A stretch of DNA of 60,636 nucleotides, counting the filler, from Platydemus manokwari (Eukaryota), in the NCBI GenBank assembly GCA_037951405.1. It is 6 parts of 6 records of this genome, joined end to end, with 100 filler letters (N's around TTAATTAATTAA, not from the genome) between each part and the next. Parts side by side here need not be neighbours in the genome. Positions count along the whole stretch, not along the records: positions 40,035 to 51,598 come from JBBMOY010596660.1; positions 51,699 to 60,636 come from JBBMOY011325761.1; 4 more parts are not named here. One strand, 5' to 3'. The translations under genes and the position numbers were made by a program. The notes below the pieces were generated by a model. That model was not told the DNA's origin and did not search any database. It was given only the letters and a program-made list of their open reading frames with translations. This document shows, piece after piece, positions 50,825 through 60,636 of the stretch (position 1 is the first letter of the stretch; each line of letters begins with the position of its first letter).

Positions 50825-51598
50825 TGATAAAACAAGAGTTCCAAGGTTTAAATCCGACGTTCTTTTGCAAGATTTCGCTTTATTCAACAAAAAACCCAGT
50901 CATTTAAAAATAAGATTTTTGATTCATTCATTGTTATTATTCACCGCCGTTTGATGCGTAAAAAGAACTGATAAGTTGTTGAAATATTTCATACAATAAA
51001 TGATCATAACTTCACAACACTATTCAAAGCACAATTTGATCGAGGCAAATCATACAATTCAATATAACAATAAGTCTATATTAGGCCGCTCTTGTCTACC
51101 ATGTAAGTAGGCAGAACGCGAAGCAGATAGAACATTACATAAGCTACGTTCGAGACTGACAAAACATGTGTAGAAATCCAAGAGATGGATATTGTTAATA
51201 ATAAAAAATAATTTCAGTCAACAATAAGCCGAAATTTAATAACTCTAAGAAATTTTTTGTCTGGAGGCAAATCATTCTCAAACTGATTTTTTGAAAAACT
51301 CAAAGAAAGTATTGCAAACAAGACAATGCAAAATACATTAATTGGTATGATGAGGTTTTAAAGTAGACTTTTTAAAGAGTTATATGAGATTAATCATGAA
51401 AATTGTCATCAATGAAAATGGCCATCAATAATACTGTTATTTAGATCCGATCTATAGCAAAGAAATAAATTATATTAAAGCAAAATGTAGTCTATTATCC
51501 GTGACTGTGATTATGACAGAATTGTTTTTTTAGAAAAGTTGTATAGATGATATAAGTCGATTTATCGGTAATCTCAAACAGAAAATTTTGAAGTGAGG

Positions 51599-51698
51599 NN
51601 NNNNNNNNNNNNNNNNNNNNNNNNNNNNNNNNNNNNNNNNNNTTAATTAATTAANNNNNNNNNNNNNNNNNNNNNNNNNNNNNNNNNNNNNNNNNNNN
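51599..51698. other. Artificial scaffold spacer N44-TTAATTAATTAA-N44
   Basis: Same 100-nt structure. Confidence 0.97.
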
Positions 51699-52460
51699 CA
51701 ATATCTTTTTACAAATTGTGCATTTGTAATCTGATCTTACCTCTATTCTATTAACACCCATCAATCTTTAACAAATGTTCACCGTCTACATTATTCTTTC
51801 AGTAAATTCAAGTGCCACTGTACCATTGAATCACTCATTTATTAATCATTTAAAATCTAGTTCAAACTCAAATCCTCTTGTTTTTATAATTGTCGGATTG
51901 TGTAGATCCCAACCATCATAAACATGAATACAATGACCTTGCAGCACAAGAATCTATTAAAATCCATTACAAAACAATAATTATTAATTAGTAATATTAT
52001 TACAAACCTTGGTTATTTGTTATTCAATAGCTATCATTAATATTTCCTAATTGTTTTTTGTTAATTGATATTAATAGGGAACTGTATATCATTTTATTTA
52101 ATAATTATGTTCGATTTTGGGTTCAGTCTCTTTTTTATTCTTTCTTTATCAACGATATTTAAATTCTTTTTGGGTAATATCAGAGTCTAATCAGTCTCAC
52201 GGAATTCTTATAACCTCAGGTGTCAACTAAACCTATTATTGAATGATCTCCCTTCGCCTTGATCGTATCTATTCTCGTATGAAGACGGGATTAACTTCTC
52301 AATGATATTGCTTTATTGTTAATCAGTCTCAATTATTATTATTATTTTTTGCCTCTTTACACCCTTCTAAAGGGTGATGAAATAACAATGTAATGATTCT
52401 TTATAAACAATGATGTGACACTTAGGGCACTCGCCGAATTCAGAACCAACTAGTTTACAA

Positions 52461-52525
52461 TTTTAATATTTTAATATTGTATTTAATATTTAATATTTTA
52501 ATATTTTAATATAGTTTAATATTTT
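52461..52525. repeat. Imperfect tandem repeat of an ~8-bp TTTAATAT unit
   Basis: Direct reading. Confidence 0.85.
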
Positions 52526-55500
52526 ATCGGGATAATTTGAATACTTGGGTATTTTATTATCATATTTTAGTTATTAGGTTCTAAAGTACATGTTTATTTT
52601 CGGGTTTTTATTATATTTTGAAAATCGGTTCTTTAATAATAACTTTTAAGAGTTATTTCAATTTTACTTTTCTTTATTTTATTAATTAACCAGAAAAAAT
52701 TTTGTCCAGAAAAATAAGAAATAAAATTAAAATATTATTAAAGATAAAAATTGCTACGAATATACATCAGCATATAGAATATTTACATAATAACCACGAT
52801 AAAAAGTTTCATACATAAAATGTGGAGTCACATTCTCAAATTGATAATGTTATTTTTTCCAAAACCCAACAATTATATTGTTATATTGCCATTTATCTTC
52901 ATTTATTTGTAATAAAATTATTATCATTCTTTCTATTACAGCGCCTTTGGAGTTAGATAAAATATAAACATTCGTACTATTTTATTTAAACAAAATAAAA
53001 TTCTTCTGAACTCAATGCAGCCCAAGCAACTTAGAAAATATAAACAACATAAAAAAAATTACCAAAATAGTAGATATTGCTAAATATTATGTTTAAGTAT
53101 GCTTCATGATCCTAAGGCATAATATAAATATCCAAAATAGTATTTTAAAAATATAATATACTGGCTTTTAAAAATATATTATTATCCTATCCCATTCTCC
53201 ATGAATTGATATTGATGTCACATTATAATAATTAACATTAGTCAAATTCTTGATAAGACGGATATGATAAAGAATATATACTGCATATATGCACTAAATT
53301 TTCATGAAGATCATTGTTATTAGTACATTACTTTGTCCAAACTCTAACAAATACATAATAACAAATTGATAGAACAAATAATCAGGGAATTTAATTTGAG
53401 TAATTATTAAGAATTCTATTGGTTTTGCGCATAAATTTAAAGAAGTCACCAACACTTTCGACATAAGAACTTTCTGTGCTTTTTTAAGATTTACTAATAG
53501 TTGAATCTATAAGTGCCAATTTTGGAAAACCATCTGAGCCATTTGAGCAATTAAATATTCACAAACATTGAATATAAGAAATTGAAATAAAATAAAAAAA
53601 AACTTTGTTTAATCGAATCAAATTTACAAACTGTTTAATCGACCTCAAATTCATAAGAAATAATTCAATCAAAATCTAAAAATAGAATAACTACAAATCC
53701 TACTATAAATAACTACTTTAGCTAAAAATGGTAACTTATACATATTAGACACCAAAAATAGTAACACATAATACTAAGTATAGAATGCTACTAACACAGC
53801 AATATGGCGCATAAAATGCACAAACAAGGAATATATTAAAGCAGTACATAATTGAGTTAAACTAGTTACTATGCGCTCAATATTTCGAACACGGATCTGT
53901 ACACACCGTATTAATTTGACATTTATTTGTACGAATTTAGCTATTTTTTCTTTATCCATTTTCAGTGTGAATTTTATTTTTTGTTTAAGACAATTTTTAG
54001 GATCCGAATCCATAATGAGTCACACAACGACATATTACGCCCACAAATGAACTTAACAACCACATGAAATAAAATAACAAAAAATCCCTAAAATAACAAT
54101 GACGTACTTCTTAAAATAGAAACATGACCAAAAATGTCTAAATATGGAATTTTTAAAATACAAAAATAAGAAACAAATAGAGCAAACTAAAAATAGAATT
54201 ACGTCATGACAAATATAGAAAAATCATGATTGGGTGAAAGCATAGCAAAAAAATAATATATAAGCAGGCAGTATTTCAGAACAAAACGCCCTAACATTAC
54301 GAGAACAGTGAACACTACAAGCTATCTCAGCAAGCCGAAAAGTTAACTGAAAACAACTACTGTCAGAGAAATCAGCCACAGCAAGAAGCATTAATCAGCA
54401 ACAAAACAAGCAGGAAAATCTCCTCTATAAGTCAAGCGACTAATCAATTAGGTACAAACCGAATTATTGAGTGTTATTTTCATACCATGTCTATGGATTC
54501 GGTATTAACTACCACCTTTTTAGTAGTTTTCACTCATTGTGCGGTTCACCTGTATCGTGAGTCTTGCCCTATGGTTAAGTGAGCCACACTTCGCCAGTTC
54601 TGTTTGTACACAATCCTAATAATACATTTGTTATCTAATTTTGTAGATTGTATTTGATTCATAATTATATATTATTACATTTGTGTTATTGTTATTTATT
54701 ATATTATTACTATTTATATTTAACCTCACCTACTTCAAACGCAGCCAATCGTCTGGAGTCCGGTTGGCATCATACACGAGCACATTAATAACTAATAAAA
54801 CAAACAACAACCACTATATAAAATCCAATAATATTAAAAACCAATACAATTATTATGAATATATATTATGTAAAATGTGTAGATTTTTTATTATTGTTTT
54901 AATAATTAACTGCAGGCTCAAGGTTATTTTTAACCTTGTGGTTTTTAAAAATCCAATAAGAAGCTCATACTTGGTTACCCAATTTTTTATGGAAATTTTA
55001 TTTTTGGCTGTTTTTTATATAATTTAATTATTAATTGGACTGAGCTTAAGCTAAGTAATTTATTGAAGTTTGAAATATTCCTTAAAATCATCATTATTTT
55101 TAAGTGCGCGGAATTATAAATACAATTAAAGAATATAAATAAACCATTCTACTTTTTCTATTTGCAGAAGATTGAGTTGGATAAATAGATAGATTAATTA
55201 AAATGATTGTAATAAATACGTTGTTCGTTTATAAATTAACTTTACGATGAAACTTCTAGATTGATTTACTTTGTTTAGACATTATATTATTATTTTTTAA
55301 TACTTTAATATTTATTTAATACCATTTTAAGTTTTAAAAATTGTTACTTACTATTTATAGATATTTTAAATTAAATGTTCTACTTATTGAATTAATTGAA
55401 TCTATTTTTATTTAAATTAGTCATGTATTGAAAAATCCTGAAAAATTGAATAAAATCATATTATTTTCATATTTAGGTTGGGTCTGTACCAACAATGGAA

Positions 55501-55822
55501 TGTAATATCATCTTGCTATTCGAAGTGAAATTTTAAAATATTTAACACAATTTCACTCGTTACACAACTCTGTATGTTATTCCTGAAAACAAGAATGTTT
55601 CTGATTTTTCCTAAATTTCTATCCGAATATTAGATACCACCAAATAAAGTTTTTTAAATTAAGATACGAAATTAAGCGCACAGAGCCATTTTTTGAATTT
55701 GTATATATTAAAGACGACATTCTTGGGTTCGTTTATAACATTTTGTTTTAGTGAAATTTTCATTTTATACAATCTGCATTGATAATAATTGGTTGGTTGT
55801 TTGAATATTCATTCAGTTTAAA

Positions 55823-58000
55823 ATGTCGCTTCTTCCAAATGACAAATTATTAAATTGTAATTTTGAAACATATCGGGTAAATCTCAGTCTTTTAAACCGT
55901 ACAGAGAAAGAGGTTGATTGTGGTAATATTTATATTATAATTGCTTTGTAATCTGTTAGATTTTTAGAGTTATTCGATTATAATTCGAAAAGTACCTCCT
56001 TTAATATATCTAAAGTTAAGTCTTTTGGACTTTGCAATAATTTAATTTTGGATGAATACAATACGAATTCTGTGTATTTCGTTTCAAAAGACGCAAAGGT
56101 AATTTATTTGTTAATTACTGTTACTGGAATTATTTATTAGATTTTACAACACTTCACATGATTTTAAAAAATTATATAATTAAATTTATGCACTTTATTA
56201 CCATAACTCTATTTAACTTGGGAATATTAATGTTTGCTTTTAGATTTATAAAACAATGTATTGTGAAGAATTTGAAAAGTTAAGTGAACCGTATAACATT
56301 TTTACAGCTAATATAAATTTGAATAAGTGTGATGAACAGTTGCCACCAAATTTATTTTTCATATCAAATGATATGGCTTGCTTTGCTGATGGATATGGTT
56401 ATTTACATTTCATTGAAACATCAAATAGAAATGGTAATTTCAATGGAGATCAAATCGATTGGAAGGTTTGGATAAATTGTTCGAATTTCATAAATTTTAT
56501 AATTTTTTTAGCTTTTAAGGTCAACTAAAATTTTTGACGATGGTCTTAATTCATCTCTGCTTGAATGTCGTGTAGAATATTCAAAAGATTCACAACCCAA
56601 CTCTACAAATCCTTTATTAGGGAAACTTTTCCACTGTTGCTTTATGAAAATATCTAATAAAAGCACACATCCAAGTTCGAAAAACGTAGATTTGCTGTGG
56701 GTGGTTTATAAATGTATGGATGTAAATTATTTAGTTGGATACTGTTAATGGTTTTTGATAGTTTCCGATGAATTAGAGGTTGTGAGTAAAAAATTATGGA
56801 AAGGCAATTCACCTCCGGAGATGGTGACATTTTCTAATGATTTCAAAACTCTCGACATTGTATCCAATCATCATTTTCGTTACATCTCACCGGGTATGGG
56901 TTTATTGGTTGTCGAATAAAGAGTTTTACATACATGTAGATATCACTGTTGAGAAACTGTCTAAAGAGAACATTGATATTGTTCCTCATTGGTGTCACGA
57001 CAATGACGAAACGATATTAATTGAATTTTATCTAAACATTGCCAAACAAAACTTTACGCTCAATTTCGCATATCCTACGAAAGAAAACAAAGAATTGATT
57101 ATCTTTGTAATTATCAACGATAAAGAACCTTTAGAACTTTACAAGACGATTTCTGAGTGTATTTACGATGAAGAAAAGACGGCATGGTGTATGGAAAATG
57201 AATTGTAAAATAATTGTTATCATTTTCAAATCGGTTTATTTTTTAAATGATTAGATTGCTTGTGACTTTGAAGAAAATTGAATCCGAAGAAGATTGTGAA
57301 GAAATCATTTCCAAGAAACCAAAGGTTTGAACTCATCGATATATCGGTATGTGTGGGTTATGAAATCGTTCAGATGACTACTGTGGGAATGGAGGACGTC
57401 GATAATTTGGATGATGCGGAGCTTGGTATTTGTTCATTGAATGGTTCCGATGGCAAATTATTGGGTGATGAAGTATATTTGATGAAGCTGTGATCATTGT
57501 TTTTCTTAATCTTCTCACCTTAGATCAGTATCAGTAAAAATGAGTGGCTATTTAAGACACGTTTAGGACCAAATCAGCCAATCAGTATTTGTCTGCGATT
57601 CAATGTCGATGGATTGGTGTGGACGAAATTGAATTCAGGTGATAATTGGACACACAATCACACACTGAATGCATTTGGATATGTTGCTGCAGCGAAGGTG
57701 GACAGGAAATTTGTGTGTTGTTCATTGCCAAATGGAGTGAAAAATGGTATCAAATTTGCAGTGATCACTGATTGGAAACGAGAATTGTATGTTTTGATGC
57801 AATCGCGTCGGCTCGATTCCAATATGAGAGTAAAAAACCGAAACACTGGTCAAATTATTGATAATGTCGCTGATGAGTTTTTGGTGACTTTGGACAAATC
57901 GAAAGAAATTATGGGAATCGTTGCTAATGACAACGTGATATTTATTCTTTATAATCATTTGGTGAATGGCACTGGCATAGCCGCTATCAATTGTTGTTAA
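55823..58000 (+). CDS. NUDCD1: NudC domain-containing protein 1
   Basis: Multi-exon GT-AG gene from MSLLPNDKLLNCNFETYRV (55823-55922; next exons 55968-56098, 56244-56465, from 56512...). Motifs SFGLCNNL, FADGYGYL.FIET, ICLRFNVDGLVW, HTLNAFGYVAAAKVDRKF and a terminal EIMGIVA....IFIL match NUDCD1. TAA at 57998-58000. Confidence 0.92.
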
Positions 58001-58099
58001 AATAAAATGATTGTCGCTCTTTTTTATTATGAGATTTGTTTTTATTTTTCTTATTTAAGAAGTGTGTTGATTATTTTATGATGTCACTCAACAAATAAA

Positions 58100-58650
58100 T
58101 AATCCATGATTGGTGTACAATATTAGTCCATATTTTTGTGTTCTCTGAATAAATAAATCGTTATGACATGCAACGTGTTGAATAAACGATAAGACTCGCT
58201 AACACAATAATATGCCCCTTGGAAATTGGATTGAGGATTCGGTTTTCGGCTAGATTGGTGTATCCATAGTTATATATAAGCATTGAGTACTATTTATATA
58301 TATTTAATAATGCTATTTTTAGGTTTTATATCTATTTTGTTATTTTTTCTTATGTGGAGATCTGACTCATTTAGTAAACTCTGAAATTTATTTTAATATT
58401 ATTATTTTAGAGTATTTCTGTACCCAACAGCATGCAAAACATATACCGCGACACTAGAATCGCTATTCTCACCAAAATATATCCAATGAAAGGCTCCATA
58501 TTGCACCAAGCACAGTATCGGCCAAGGAAATAGTCGGGGATAATGTGCAATGTTTATATGTTCTCCTTAGAACAACAAAATTCAATTCGATATCTCTATC
58601 CATTTCGTTAAACAGAAGATGTAGTTTATTCCGACTTATAATTTTCAAAA
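58100..58650 (-). mobile_element. Possible heavily decayed Tc1/mariner transposase remnant
   Basis: Weak ordered fragments CSKENI (cf. WS.ENP), TVLGAIWS (cf. TVW.AIW), FQGA (cf. FQQDGA); no intact frame. Confidence 0.25.
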
Positions 58651-60636
58651 TAAATATAAATACATTATGTAACCTGGTAAATATGATATAATAATTTGTG
58701 TACAGTTGTAATTTGGTGTTTATAATAAAATATTTATGCATTCAATAATATTTTCTTATTCAATTAGTTCATGGTAATGTAGTGTCTGAAATTTAAAGAC
58801 AAGAAAGTTAATGTGCAGTTTTTTGTTTTATTTATTAAATTAACGCGAGAGGTAATAATAATAATGATAATAATAATAATATCTTTTATCAGCAGTGCCG
58901 GACGAAGTAATTTATCTGCCATATAGAAAATAATTTTTTATGTGCATAAAGAGTACATTTCGAATAATTTTCTCAATAGTAAGAGATTAATTAAAATGAG
59001 AATTAATTAAAGATACTGCCAGATAAACAATTACAGAAATAATCAAAACACCAATTTATCACGTAACACCAGAAGGCATAATTTATTTTCCAAAGCCTGA
59101 TCATAACTTAATTCTGACATAATTGAAACCATCATTGGTTATTTTTCAAAACGGTAGATTAAAATCTATACAACACTTTTGTTTAACTCCAAGTTTGCGG
59201 AGTATTTATTTTGTTGATTGTTTTAATCTTAGAGATAATTTTGTTGAAATTACTTCAAGTTGGAACATAAGAAGTCATTCATCATGTAAATAATTTGAAT
59301 CTCCTACTATTTTTTGGATGGCCAATTTATCGAACCTACGTATCGGCTGGCATCTCGAAAACGAATTTAGTGTTGATTTTGTAAATTATTTTTTAAAGCT
59401 TTTTGGTCTATTGATTTAGTTATACATAAAATGTTATTGATTTACATAATATAAAAACAATTATTTACTAAAGCTCATTTTCATATGATGCAGTTAAATC
59501 TATCCAATATCGCTCTCATAATTTGAAGTCTATCGATAGATCAAATATGTGGTTGCATAATTTCAGTTACCAGTTAATTATTTCGGTTGAAGGATAAAAT
59601 TTCGGTTGTAAATATTTTGCATGCTGGTAACATTTTATTTGATAAAAAATATAAGTTCTATCCTACATTTTGTTATTTCAAGAAAAAGCGTACAAACATT
59701 AATTTTTGTAAATTTGGATTCATTAGTTTATTAAATACAACGGTTGCGAAGAGAAATTCTTATATTATTGGTTGAAGCAATTCCAAGCTGCGTTTGGTAT
59801 ATCATTTTAAATAGTAAAGTCAGCACATAGCAATATTTATTATAATATATTTTTAAAAATAAAGTCTCAGATCTGGTAAATATGCCTATTGACAATTATT
59901 TAAGTAGAATAAGTTTGATCCATATAATTAACATGATATCTAAACTCATATAAAAAATCATCATTTGAGTTAACTTAATTATTTAAATTATCGAGATATA
60001 ATACCAATTGTAATAATAACATGGATTGTAAATATTATTATTTCCATTATAGTCTCCGTGGTTTATTGCAAATCAGTTGAGAGCGTACGAAGCAGCTGAC
60101 CACCATCATAAATATTTATCGATTATATAGTTCTATATATTCAATAATAACAACTGATTCAATAAAACTAGGACAAATAAAAAACAAAGAAATAATGAAA
60201 ATATATAATACAATATTCTATCCATTATGTGAATGAAGTGAATATTTTTCAAGTTCATATCAGTGACATTAAAAATTTACATCATACGTGTAAACAAGTG
60301 AATTTTATTCAATCATGTCTTTCATGACTTCAAAATGTAGAGTTTATTAAAATGCCTTGATTACTTACTGAACTTTGATAATTGTACTCAAAAATTCTAA
60401 CCATTAGTAATAGGAAAATTTCTTTGCAAGTTCTGAATTAAATGCAATTTTCTCACAATTTTCATTAAAACACGAGTTGATATGATTTTTTCTTTTATAT
60501 AATGAATTGAACAATATTTCTAAACATAATTTTTATAATGACTAACATTTATATTTTTTTAAAATGAACCAATTTACTGCTTCAATATTTTAGTTACTTT
60601 GCATTAAGTTATTGTGTTTAGAATTACAAAATTATT

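Noticed and set aside
50950-52330. Possible non-LTR retrotransposon RT/endonuclease relics either side of the spacer
   Set aside because: Only vague matches (IRPL, IDDI, DHSI) in different frames; unsupported without a profile search.
1-60636. Prokaryotic systems (operons, CRISPR, defence islands), tRNA/rRNA genes, and most short 60-100 aa ORFs in the track
   Set aside because: The window is intron-containing eukaryotic DNA. I recognised no repeat-spacer array or structured RNA gene, and the short I/F/L/N/K-rich ORFs are expected by chance in such AT-rich sequence.

Overview
AT-rich eukaryotic (animal-like) draft-genome window, not prokaryotic. Genes are split by many short GT-AG introns (about 35-60 nt) plus a few long ones, so the ORF track shows only exon fragments. 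It consists of six segments joined by artificial 100-nt spacers (N44-TTAATTAATTAA-N44), so adjacency across spacers is not guaranteed. Spliced host genes I could reconstruct by hand: a ninein/ninein-like EF-hand coiled-coil gene (-), a very divergent and possibly decaying SLC1/EAAT-like transporter (-) with a small TMEM272-like membrane gene on the opposite strand inside its span, an Arg/Ser-rich hypothetical gene (-), TTC29 (+), the 3' half of RADIL (Dilute + PDZ, +) and NUDCD1 (+). The rest is largely transposon debris: a Ty3/Gypsy RT fragment, a Merlin/IS1595-like transposase fossil, an intact 209-bp piggyBac-type MITE, an internally deleted pogo element, a degenerate long-TIR element and two dispersed repeat pairs. 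The most unusual feature is an intronless, purine-skewed minus-strand cassette at 8188-11605. After repairing a few frameshifts and stops it encodes (i) an env-like multi-membrane-spanning surface protein and (ii) a protein with a REX4/ISG20-like DEDDh exonuclease fold, apparently lacking catalytic residues, followed by a coiled coil. It looks like the accessory-gene region of an undescribed retroelement or endogenous virus. All family assignments come from remembered motif similarity, not from database searches.
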